Shown here: piece after piece, positions 39,449-47,704 of the stretch
Position numbering within the stretch: position 1 is the stretch's first letter
Layout of the letters: the number at the start of each line of letters is the position of its first letter
Source: Clostridiales bacterium
Lineage (GTDB): Bacteria; Bacillota; Clostridia; Oscillospirales; CAG-272
Direction: 5' to 3'
Assembly: GCA_021202555.1 (NCBI GenBank)
Contig: JAJQCT010000038.1
Span: forward strand, 18,383-82,382
Length of the DNA: 64,000 nucleotides
Notes under the pieces: generated by a model
Databases searched by the model: none
What the model saw: only the letters and a program-made list of their open reading frames with translations
Told to the model about the DNA's origin: nothing
Made by a program: the position numbers and the translations under genes

Positions 39449-40162
39449 TTATTCTCCGAGCTTGTAGCCGTGTCCCCAGACAGCTTTTATGTAGCGCGGT
39501 CTTTCGGGCGTTATTTCAAGCTTTTCGCGAAGATGTCTTATGTGAACGGGAACTGTCCCGTCGCCTCCGTAAAGGGAAGAGCCCGTCGGCTCGTTCCATA
39601 CCCTTGAGTATATATCCGACGTTGAGAATACGCGCCCGGGATTTTTTAAGAAAAGAAGCAAAATGCTGTACTCTATCGGTGTGAGACTCACGACCTCGCC
39701 GTCAACCTTAACTGTTTTCGTGCGGTCGTCAAGCTCGATTCCGCCGAATGTATAAACGTCAGTATCGCTTTTGCTTTGATTTAATTCTCTGCCGCCGAGG
39801 GTATTGTATCGGCGAAGCTGGCTTCTCACACGTGCCAGCACCTCCATCGGCGAAAACGGCTTTGTAATGTAGTCGTCGGCTCCGACGTTCAGCCCCAGCA
39901 CCTTGTCGCTGTCCTCGCTTTTGGCGGTAATTAAAATTATCGGTATATTCTCAAATTCGCGCACGGTGCGCGTCGCGGTAATTCCGTCCATTTCGGGCAT
40001 CATAATGTCAAGAAGAGCGAGGTCGATTTGTTCCTTTTTCACGGCGTCAACAGCCTCGCGTCCGCTGTAGGCGGGTATAACCTTATATCCGTCCCCCTCA
40101 AGATAAATTTTCAGTGCGTTTACAATATCCTTGTCGTCGTCGCATACGAGAATTGTGTACAT
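39449..40162 (-). CDS. OmpR/PhoB-family response regulator
   Basis: Receiver domain (ILVCDDD...DLALLDIMMPEMDG...K) and a winged-helix C-terminus (LTPIEYSILLLFLKNPGRVFS...YIKAVWGHGYKL). Confidence 0.9.
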   Translation of the reverse strand: MYTILVCDDDKDIVNALKIYLEGDGYKVIPAYSGREAVDAVKKEQIDLALLDIMMPEMDGITATRTVREFENIPIILITAKSEDSDKVLGLNVGADDYITKPFSPMEVLARVRSQLRRYNTLGGRELNQSKSDTDVYTFGGIELDDRTKTVKVDGEVVSLTPIEYSILLLFLKNPGRVFSTSDIYSRVWNEPTGSSLYGGDGTVPVHIRHLREKLEITPERPRYIKAVWGHGYKLGE

Positions 40163-40227
40163 AAAACAGTCTCCTTTGCCGGTACGGTGCTTTTTTCGTT
40201 CGGCGTATATATTTTACACCATTAAAT

Positions 40228-40269
40228 CTTAAGATACAAGCGCGAAAATTCTTAAGATTTGATTAAGAT
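40228..40269. promoter_or_regulatory. three direct repeats (C/A)TTAAGAT in the regulator/abfA divergent region
   Basis: CTTAAGAT at 40228-40235 and 40251-40258, ATTAAGAT at 40262-40269. Spacings are 23 and 11 nt. Confidence 0.45.
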
Positions 40270-40289
40270 AAAATTTTTTCTTTTTCGGG

Positions 40290-40318
40290 TTGACAATCGG
40301 ACTTCGTAAATATATAAT
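40290..40318 (+). promoter_or_regulatory. consensus sigma-A promoter of the GH51 gene
   Basis: TTGACA (40290-40295), 17-nt spacer, TATAAT (40313-40318). Confidence 0.65.
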
Positions 40319-40368
40319 ATAAGCGTAGCACTGTGGCTACAGTATTTTTTGCTTTGAAAGGAATCACT

Positions 40369-41843
40369 ATGAGCAAGCTTGTCATCAACACCTATGACAA
40401 AAAGAGCCGTATCGATAAAAACATATACGGTAATTTCTCCGAGCATCTCGGACGCTGCATTTATAACGGCGTTTATGTCGGAGAGGGGTCGCCCATTCCG
40501 AACGAAAACGGAATGCGCACCGATATTGTGAACGCTCTTCGCGAAATGAAGCTTCCCGTGCTTCGCTGGCCGGGCGGATGCTTTGCGGACGAGTATCACT
40601 GGCGTGACGGAATCGGACCGAAGGAGTCGCGCAAGAAGATGGTAAATACGAACTGGGGCGGCGTCACCGAGGACAACAGCTTCGGAACTCACGAGTTTAT
40701 GGAGCTTTGTCGTCAGATCGGCTGCGAGCCTTACGTAAACGCTAACGTCGGGTCGGGCTCCGTGCAGGAAATGTCCGAGTGGATCGAGTACATGAATTTC
40801 GACGGCACCTCTCCTATGGCGGAGCTTCGCGAGAAAAACGGACATCCCGAGCCGTGGCATCTCAAATATCTCGGAATCGGAAACGAGAGCTGGGGATGCG
40901 GCGGAAACATGACGCCCGAATATTACGCAAACGAATTTAAGCGCTACAGCACATTCTGCCGCAATTACCCGGGCGGAAGGCTTTTCCGCATCGCCTGCGG
41001 TCCGAACGCGGAGGATTACAGATGGACAGAGGTTCTCATGCGCGAGGCGGGGCGCCACATGGACGGGCTTACGCTTCACTATTACACCGTTCCGAACGGC
41101 TGGGGTCTAAAGGCTCCGCGACGGGCTTTGACGAGAAGGAATGGTACAAAACGCTTCACACGGCGCTTCGCATGGAGGAAATCGTGACGGGTCACGAGGA
41201 AATCATGAATCGCTATGACCCGAGCAGGAGAGTAGCTCTCATCGTAGACGAATGGGGCACATGGTTCGATGTCGAGCCGGGAACAAACCCCGGATTCCTC
41301 TATCAGCAGTCAACGATGCGCGACGCGCTTGTCGCGGGCGTGACGCTCAATATCTTCAACGAGCACAGCGCGCGCGTCAGAATGGCGAATATCGCGCAGC
41401 TTATCAACGTGCTTCAGGCTGTCATTCTGACGGACGGCGAAAAGATGATTCTCACGCCTACATATCACGTTATGAAGATGTATTCGTGCCATCAGGACGC
41501 GAGACTCGTCGGCTCGTTTGTTGAAAAGCATCGCACGGGAGTTGAGGAAAGAGAATCCGTTCCCGACCTGCACCAGTCGGCGTCGATGACGGAGGATGGA
41601 ACGCTCAATATCACCGTCTGCAACCTTTCATGCAGCGAGGCGCGTGAGATTGAAGGTACTATCGTTGGCATGAAGCCGTCGGAGGTCAGCGCCGAAATCC
41701 TCACAAACAAGATGGATGCGTTCAATACATTTGAAAATCCGGATGTCGTTAAGACGGAGGCGTTTGACGGCGTGAAAATCACGGACGAGGGAATTTCATT
41801 CACGCTCCCGCCGTGCAGCGTCGCACATATCGCGCTGAAGTGA
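40369..41843 (+). pseudogene. abfA: GH51 alpha-L-arabinofuranosidase interrupted by a 1-nt frameshift
   Basis: Two overlapping ORFs (40333-41187 and 41022-41843) together read as one GH51 enzyme ([29 protein letters not shown], catalytic [11 protein letters not shown], then IVDEWGTW). The frame changes at GGGG 41102-41105. Confidence 0.85.
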
Positions 41844-42133
41844 GCGAGAACGTCGGCGGGACGGAAAGCCGCAGAATAATATGCCGCCGATGTCTTATTT
41901 CCGATATGGAGGACGACGAGCATAAAGCGGAGCTTTTCGCGTCGGTTTCGGATTATATTCGCTCGATTCCCGACGAGACAAGGTGCGAGGAGAGCCTTTA
42001 CCGGCAGCGGCTTGATATATGCCGCTCATGCGACGAGCTTTTCGACGGAATGTGCCGACTTTGCGGATGCTTTGCAGAGGTGAGAGCCGTGAAAAGGACG
42101 GGATTTTGCCCTCACACGGCGCATAAATGGTAA
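41840..42133 (+). CDS. small Cys-rich protein (DUF6171-like)
   Basis: The GTG at 41840 overlaps the abfA stop (GTGA). Cys pattern CRRC...CRSC...CRLCGC...CPH. Confidence 0.5.
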   Translation: MSENVGGTESRRIICRRCLISDMEDDEHKAELFASVSDYIRSIPDETRCEESLYRQRLDICRSCDELFDGMCRLCGCFAEVRAVKRTGFCPHTAHKW

Positions 42134-42165
42134 AGCACCCGAAAATGACGAATAATGCGCCCGAC

Positions 42166-42213
42166 TTGTGGGCAGGATACGTTTGCAGCGTATCCTGCCC
42201 ACAAAATTTTTTT
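42166..42213 (+). terminator. rho-independent terminator
   Basis: 16-bp stem TTGTGGGCAGGATACG / CGTATCCTGCCCACAA followed by AATTTTTTT. Confidence 0.85.
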
Positions 42214-42234
42214 GCACTTTTTTTCGTTTACCCC

Positions 42235-42286
42235 TTGACAAAAGGGTTAGCTTGTGCTAACATATACATAGTTAGCGATGGCTAAT
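42235..42286 (+). promoter_or_regulatory. promoter with two GTTAGC-N4-GCTAA(C/T) palindromes
   Basis: TTGACA 42235-42240, 17 nt, TAACAT 42258-42263. Palindromes GTTAGCttgtGCTAAC (42246-42261) and GTTAGCgatgGCTAAT (42271-42286). Confidence 0.5.
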
Positions 42287-42312
42287 CACTTTTTGAGGGC
42301 AAGGTGACAGGA

Positions 42313-42939
42313 ATGAATGCAAATAAATCAAAAAAGAAAACGACGAAATACTCGTGCTGCCGGTGTCCGTGCCGCAGGCTGACCGAAAGGCTTGTAATAT
42401 GTCACGGCTCGCCCACTCTCGCGGGAATAAAGACGGCAAATCTTTTCAGATGTCCGCGCGGGAACGAAAAAAGGCTCAGATTTGAAATATCGGAGCTTGA
42501 CCGCAGGCTTTCGCCGAAGGGGGTACGCGCCGTTTTGCTTCGCGCAAGGGACGGCAGCTCGCTCGTCTATATCTATAGGGAGAATAGGCTTTTTCGCGAC
42601 CTTGAGGACGAAACGGCATCAAGTCTTTTGTCGTCGCTTGGGTACGATGTGAGCAGCTCGCACGGGTGCGTGGCGGAGCTGTTCCGTCGAATCAACGAAT
42701 GCAGGTGTTCGCACGAATTTCCGCATGAGGTCGGCTTCTTTCTCGGGTATCCGCCGTGCGACGTCGTCGGATTTATTGAAAATAATGCCGAATGCTCGAA
42801 ATGTGTTGGCTGCTGGAAGGTCTACGGAGACGAGCGCGAGGCGAAAAAGACATTTGAAAGATACAAAAAATGCTCCGCTTTGTATTATACGCTGTGGGAG
42901 CGCGGAAAAAGCATCGAACGGCTCACTGTAGCCGATTGA
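42313..42939 (+). CDS. DUF3793-family protein
   Basis: TLAGIKTANLF and GYPPCDVVGFIENN...CVGCWKVYGDE blocks typical of DUF3793. The start is ATG 42313 or GTG 42304. Confidence 0.6.
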   Translation: MNANKSKKKTTKYSCCRCPCRRLTERLVICHGSPTLAGIKTANLFRCPRGNEKRLRFEISELDRRLSPKGVRAVLLRARDGSSLVYIYRENRLFRDLEDETASSLLSSLGYDVSSSHGCVAELFRRINECRCSHEFPHEVGFFLGYPPCDVVGFIENNAECSKCVGCWKVYGDEREAKKTFERYKKCSALYYTLWERGKSIERLTVAD

Positions 42940-42968
42940 TAATATATTTTACATGGAGGAATGCAGCA

Positions 42969-43397
42969 ATGAGTAAGGTTGCGGTAGTTTATTGGAGCGG
43001 CACCGGAAACACGGAGGTGATGGCAAACGCGGTGCTTGAGGGCGCGAAGGAGGCAGGCGCGGAAGCGGAGCTTTTCACGTCGGCGGAATTCTCGGAGAGC
43101 ATGGTAGGCAGTTACGACGCGATAGCGTTCGGATGCCCCGCTATGGGCGCTGAGGAGCTTGAAGAGGACGAATTTGCGCCGATGTACGAGGCGTGCAAGG
43201 AGAGTCTCTCGGGCAAAAAAATAGCGCTTTTCGGCTCTTACGGCTGGGGAGACGGCGAATGGATGAGAAGCTGGGAGGCGTCGGCGACCGGTGCGGGCGC
43301 ACTTCTTGCCGCCGGCAGCGTAATCTGCAACGATGCGCCCGACGATGAGGGCGTTACATCGTGCAAAGCGCTCGGCGCGGCGCTTGCGTCGGCGTAA
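42969..43397 (+). CDS. short-chain flavodoxin
   Basis: MSKVAVVYWSGTGNTEVMA FMN-phosphate loop and a GSYGWGDGEWM block. The track ORF start at 42870 overlaps the upstream gene. Confidence 0.85.
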   Translation: MSKVAVVYWSGTGNTEVMANAVLEGAKEAGAEAELFTSAEFSESMVGSYDAIAFGCPAMGAEELEEDEFAPMYEACKESLSGKKIALFGSYGWGDGEWMRSWEASATGAGALLAAGSVICNDAPDDEGVTSCKALGAALASA

Positions 43398-43411
43398 ATG
43401 CAGAAGACAGC

Positions 43412-43455
43412 AAAAAATCCCGAGGATGAGGTCTGACCCCATCCTCGGGATTTTT
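43412..43455. terminator. bidirectional terminator (flavodoxin / pepD)
   Basis: ATCCCGAGGAT / ATCCTCGGGAT stem flanked by AAAAAA and TTTTT. Confidence 0.8.
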
Positions 43456-43475
43456 CATTTATGCGCTTTCAATCC

Positions 43476-44885
43476 TCACCGACTGCAAGCCATTTTCTTT
43501 ACCACCTCGTAAACGCGCGAAAGCGAGGCGATTTCCATTCTCTCACGCGGCGTATGCTCGTCGAGCGTGACCACGCCCGTTGAGATGATGTCCATGTCGG
43601 GGACTGCGTTCTTTATTATCCCGCATTCAAGACCCGCGTGTATTCCCATCACTTCAAGCTCGCGCCCCGTCACCTCGCGGTACGCCGTGATGTATTCGTC
43701 GCGGACGGGAGAGTTCGGCGCGTATTCCCATCCGCTGTACGCGGCTCCCGACTTGCATGAAAATCCGCATTCGTCCGCAAGCGAGGTGATTTCCTCCGAC
43801 AGAGAATCGAGCCTTCCGTCAACTGATGACCTTGAAGAGAGCGCAAGCGTGAATCCGTCGGCGGTGACATCGATAACTGCGTAATTCAGCGAGGTCTCGA
43901 CCATTCCGACATCCTCATTATACGATATTACGCCGACCGGTACACGGCTCGTGAATTTTAACAGCCGCTTTGTAAAATCAGCCTCGGGCGCCCTCGCGGT
44001 GCCCGTGCGCTTTGATATTGAAAGCTTCATTCCGCAGTCGCCCGTGACGAGAGAATCCCTGATTTCCGCCTCCGCCTCCGTAATCGCCGAGATAGCGTAC
44101 ACGGCGTCCTCAACGTAAATTTCCGCACGGCACGACGACGGTATCGCGTTTTCCTTGCTCCCGCCGTGAAGCGAGATAATGCGCCCGTCAGCGGCTTCTA
44201 TGAGCTTCAGCATCAAAAGATTTGCGTTTGCGTGATTTTTGTCTATATCGATGCCCGAATGTCCGCCGGACAGCCCCGTAATTTCAAGCGTGAGAATATT
44301 GCCCGAAACGTCGCCGCATTTCGGCGTGTCGGAAATAAATTCGCGAAGTCCGCCCGCGCACGAGACGATTACGACCTCGCCGCCCGAATCGAGATTCAGC
44401 ATTCTTCTCGATTTTATCCTCCCGTAATCAAATCCCGAAGCGCCGGTCATTCCGGTTTCCTCATCCGTCGTAAAAAGGCATTCGAGCATGGGTGCGCGGA
44501 GATTCTCGTCGTCGAGCAGCGCGAGCATAATCGCAACCGCCGCGCCGTCGTCGGCGCCGAGCGTAGTTCCTTTTGCAAAAAGCCAGCCGTCACGCTCGCA
44601 AAGCGTCAATCCTTCCGTTTCCATGTCGATTTTGACGTCGGGATCATGCTCGCACACCATGTCGATGTGTCCCTGAATTAAAAGCGGCGCTTTATCCTCA
44701 TATCCCGCGCACGCCTCTCGGCGAATTAACAGCGTGTCATTTTCGTCGCGATAGCATGAAAGCCCGCGCTCGACTGCGAAATTTTCGATGTAATCAGCAA
44801 TTTTTCTGACGTTGCCCGACCCATGCGGAATTTTGCATATCTCTTTGAAAAATTCAAGCGGCGTTTTGCCTGTTTTGTGTTCCAT
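43476..44885 (-). CDS. pepD: aminoacyl-histidine dipeptidase (M20 family, PepD)
   Basis: FFKEICKIPHGSGN, QGHIDMVCE and TTLGADDGAAVA blocks typical of PepD. 469 aa. Confidence 0.85.
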   Translation of the reverse strand: MEHKTGKTPLEFFKEICKIPHGSGNVRKIADYIENFAVERGLSCYRDENDTLLIRREACAGYEDKAPLLIQGHIDMVCEHDPDVKIDMETEGLTLCERDGWLFAKGTTLGADDGAAVAIMLALLDDENLRAPMLECLFTTDEETGMTGASGFDYGRIKSRRMLNLDSGGEVVIVSCAGGLREFISDTPKCGDVSGNILTLEITGLSGGHSGIDIDKNHANANLLMLKLIEAADGRIISLHGGSKENAIPSSCRAEIYVEDAVYAISAITEAEAEIRDSLVTGDCGMKLSISKRTGTARAPEADFTKRLLKFTSRVPVGVISYNEDVGMVETSLNYAVIDVTADGFTLALSSRSSVDGRLDSLSEEITSLADECGFSCKSGAAYSGWEYAPNSPVRDEYITAYREVTGRELEVMGIHAGLECGIIKNAVPDMDIISTGVVTLDEHTPRERMEIASLSRVYEVVKKMACSR

Positions 44886-44917
44886 ATAAACCCTCCGATG
44901 TATCAGAAATTTTATGC

Positions 44918-45044
44918 ATCATAAATTGAGCACTGTACCGTGAATATTGCGCTATGCGCAATATTCATCAGACTTGAAGAACAAAGCATAGCTTTGTTCT
45001 TCAATGTCATATTATATCATATTGAGCGCAGAACCGCAAATATT
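44918..45044 (+). repeat. two-hairpin repeat element, copy B (full unit plus a second 5' module)
   Basis: Hairpin 1 at 44940-44968, hairpin 2 at 44974-45004. The 5' module ATCATA(A)ATTGAGC..ACCG..AATATT occurs at 44918 and again at 45016. Confidence 0.85.
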
Positions 45045-45147
45045 TTTGTTTGAGCTGCCTTGAGCTTTGCGGCTTGGCAATTATGCACAAAATTTAAACT
45101 GGACATTTATATATAACGCCGAAAATAGTTTATTTTCAAAAATTGTC

Positions 45148-45176
45148 TTGACTATATATTCCAAACGATGTATAAT
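45148..45176 (+). promoter_or_regulatory. sigma-A type promoter of the HTH/helical-repeat regulator
   Basis: TTGACT (45148-45153), 17-nt spacer, TATAAT (45171-45176). Confidence 0.6.
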
Positions 45177-45250
45177 GATGACACAATATAATCATGACAG
45201 CGGACTGTGATTCACGGTATGGAGCATTATTATGTGCGGGAGATTTAATT

Positions 45251-46165
45251 ATGACAAAATGCGAAATCGGAAAAATAATAAAAAATCGGCGTGTTGAGCT
45301 GGGAATAAAGCAAAGTGAGCTTTGCTGCGGCATCTGCGATGAATCCGTTCTTTCGAGAATTGAAGCGGGAAGAAACTCCGGCAGCTACGAAATAAGAGCC
45401 CAGCTTATCGAGCGTCTCGGAATGTCAAGCGCAATTCTCGGCGAGCAAATTGACGAAAAGAATTACCTTGTGCGTCAGAAAATTCGTGAAGCAAATCTTG
45501 TATACTGCGATAACAAGCTGACGGAAGCGCTTGAAATGCTGAATGCGCTCAAAGCCGATTACGACAATTTTTCGACCGCAAACAAGCAGCGCTTTTGCAC
45601 TCTTTACACGCTTGTCTCGTATGATAACGGGGACATTTCAGATGAAGAGAGACTCTCTTCTTTTGAAGAGAGCCTCAAAATGACAGTTCCAAACTACAGT
45701 CTCGAAAATCTGCCGCCTTTAATGTCTAAAGCGGAACTCTACACTCTCGGACGTATTGCAACTACATACATTGTGTTCGATGAACACAAAAAAGCCGCCG
45801 GAATTTTGAGTCATACGAAAAAATTCGTCGAGGACTACTATGATGACAAATTGGCGGCGGCGGATTCACTGTCTTTAACGTGTTATAATCTTTCGCTGTG
45901 CCTCGGTCAGCTTAAGCAATACGATGAATGCATCGAGGTTGCACGACAGGGCATCGAATACAGTAGAAAAGCAGAAGACATGGCGGATTTTGCATGGTGT
46001 ATGTATAACTGTGCGTGGTCGCTTCTTTATCGGGGAGACCCGAGAGACAGATCGGAAGCCAAGAAACTGCTCGACAGCGCGGAACCAATAAGCTTAATCA
46101 AGGAAATAGACACAGAAAATTTGTCGAATTTAATCAAAGGTCTGCGTAAGAAATTTTCCCTCTAA
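45251..46165 (+). CDS. XRE-type HTH regulator with C-terminal TPR-like helical-repeat domain (Rgg/RNPP-like architecture)
   Basis: N-terminal HTH IGKIIKNRRVELGIKQSELCCGICDESVLSRIEAGR, then ~240 aa of predicted helical repeats. ATG 45251 has GGGAG upstream. The track start at 45194 lies too close to the promoter. Confidence 0.65.
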   Translation: MTKCEIGKIIKNRRVELGIKQSELCCGICDESVLSRIEAGRNSGSYEIRAQLIERLGMSSAILGEQIDEKNYLVRQKIREANLVYCDNKLTEALEMLNALKADYDNFSTANKQRFCTLYTLVSYDNGDISDEERLSSFEESLKMTVPNYSLENLPPLMSKAELYTLGRIATTYIVFDEHKKAAGILSHTKKFVEDYYDDKLAAADSLSLTCYNLSLCLGQLKQYDECIEVARQGIEYSRKAEDMADFAWCMYNCAWSLLYRGDPRDRSEAKKLLDSAEPISLIKEIDTENLSNLIKGLRKKFSL

Positions 46166-46496
46166 AGCTCCGTTTTCTTTTTGTCACGCTCGTCACCATC
46201 ACAGTCAGGTCTGCATTCACCGCCGCCTTCATTGCTGTTGTCATCTTCATCAACGGTGATGTCGTCTGCTGTTTCAATTTCATCATCCGTCATATCAGAG
46301 GAAATTGCAAGCGGCATTACTGTGACCGAAACAACAATTGCTGACGCACTTGCACTTGCGCCAAGTGCAAGCGGAGATATTGACAGCTAAAAATTCATGC
46401 TGTATAATAAATATACATAAATATTTTTGCATTCATGCTTTAGAAATATGAAAATGAGACACTGATAATTTTATATAATATTCGGAGGATATGGTC

Positions 46497-47672
46497 ATGA
46501 GAAAAGTTCGTATGCTCGGCATTTCACTGGCGCTTATGCTTTTGCTTGACGCGATGCTTTTCACGTCATGCAGTGAAGGCGTTCCATCGGACGGCATGGT
46601 TTCTGCGGACTATGAACCTAAGGCTCTTATCGGCAGAATGATGATACCTTATGTCTACGGCGAATATCTTTTCTGTTCCGCGTCCGATTCGGGCGATATA
46701 GTATATCAGCTTCTTGACGATGTACAGGATGTCGCGCTGAATATATATACGGATCCGCTTGCGACGGGAGACGACAACCCGTTCGGATATGCCACATACA
46801 GCTTTTATCTCGTAGACGAGGAGGCGACGATTGCAAACGGAGGCAGTCCCGTTCTTTTGTTTGCGCACAAAAATTTGCGCTCGGCAGATTGCTGCTATAA
46901 TATTTTCTCCTATGACCTTGCCACGAATGAGATAACCATGATAAAAGAGGGAATAAACGAGAACATACAGTCCCTTTGCCTTTACGGGGATTACATAATC
47001 TATACGACTAACGAGGGAGACAACGGGTATAACATTCACCGCGTAATGAAGGACGGCACGGGATATTTGAAGCTTGACAATCCCGACTGCGAAACTTACA
47101 GGGTCGCGGACGTTTACGGCGATCGAGTGTATTTTTGCGACGGTGCGTATCAAATTTATTCAATGTCGCTTGATTTTGACGACGTTCAATATGTGCTGAC
47201 CTATGCAGGTTTGGCTGACGTTTTTGTCCGCGACGGCTATATTTATTATCCTCAGTATGTTGAGACGGTTGTATATACGGATGAGGAAACGGGTAAGGAG
47301 AGCTATTACCCGTCGTGTAATTTGTGCCGGTCGCCCGTTGATGACCCTGAAGTGAGCGAGATTCTGATAAACAATTTCTATGTCGGAATGAGCAGCGAGA
47401 CAACGCTTTATTATTTCGCCGTGGATCCGAGCGACAGCTCGGTTTTAAGCAGCACGCTTTATTCATATTCGCTCAATACGGGGGATATAGGCGTGGTTTA
47501 CGACGATTTGCCGTCGAACGTGTATAGATCCATCGATTTCGCGGGCGACGAATATATTGTGTTTTCCGATGTGTACATGAATGAGAGCGGTGCATACGGC
47601 ACCGCAACGTATACCGCACTGAATTTGGCGACGGGCGAGGAATTTACCGTTTCAAACAAAACAGCGAATTAG
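46497..47672 (+). CDS. lipoprotein paralog 1, six-blade beta-propeller-like (DUF5050-like)
   Basis: GGAGGA lies 7 nt before ATG 46497. Lipobox LFTSC. A recurring strand motif appears about six times (YGEYLFC, YGDYIIYT, YGDRVYFC, DGYIYYP, DEYIVFS). Confidence 0.7.
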   Translation: MRKVRMLGISLALMLLLDAMLFTSCSEGVPSDGMVSADYEPKALIGRMMIPYVYGEYLFCSASDSGDIVYQLLDDVQDVALNIYTDPLATGDDNPFGYATYSFYLVDEEATIANGGSPVLLFAHKNLRSADCCYNIFSYDLATNEITMIKEGINENIQSLCLYGDYIIYTTNEGDNGYNIHRVMKDGTGYLKLDNPDCETYRVADVYGDRVYFCDGAYQIYSMSLDFDDVQYVLTYAGLADVFVRDGYIYYPQYVETVVYTDEETGKESYYPSCNLCRSPVDDPEVSEILINNFYVGMSSETTLYYFAVDPSDSSVLSSTLYSYSLNTGDIGVVYDDLPSNVYRSIDFAGDEYIVFSDVYMNESGAYGTATYTALNLATGEEFTVSNKTAN

Positions 47673-47704
47673 TTTTGACGCATGATGAAAGGAGTAAAAA
47701 AGTT

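Noticed and set aside
40252-41079. 275-aa ORF on the minus strand opposite the GH51 gene
   Set aside because: It is entirely antisense to a gene with clear GH51 motifs. It has no RBS and no recognisable motif, and its composition is Arg/Ala/Ser-rich as expected of a shadow ORF in G+C-rich coding DNA. The same applies to the other long antisense ORFs in the track (for example 622-1335, 7209-7865, 8401-9168, 19669-20412, 42885-43442, 62494-63072).
42246-42286. Resemblance of TTAGC...GCTAA to the CIRCE (HrcA) operator
   Set aside because: CIRCE is TTAGCACTC-N9-GAGTGCTAA. Here the arms are 6 nt with a 4-nt spacer, and the downstream genes are not chaperones.
46387-46398. ATG-AAT-TTT-TAG followed in frame by a signal-peptide-like ORF, considered as possible stop-codon recoding
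   Set aside because: TAG is used as an ordinary stop elsewhere in the window (for example the gene ending at 47672). There is no Shine-Dalgarno sequence and no pyl-type context. A decayed gene or chance open frame is more likely.
46295-46432. 45-aa Cys-rich minus-strand ORF (MQKYLCIFIIQHEFLAVNISACTWRKCKCVSNCCFGHSNAACNFL), considered as a bacteriocin-like peptide
   Set aside because: It has no RBS and starts in a very A/T-rich promoter-like region. It is the codon-aligned antisense of another open frame, and no modification or transport genes are nearby.
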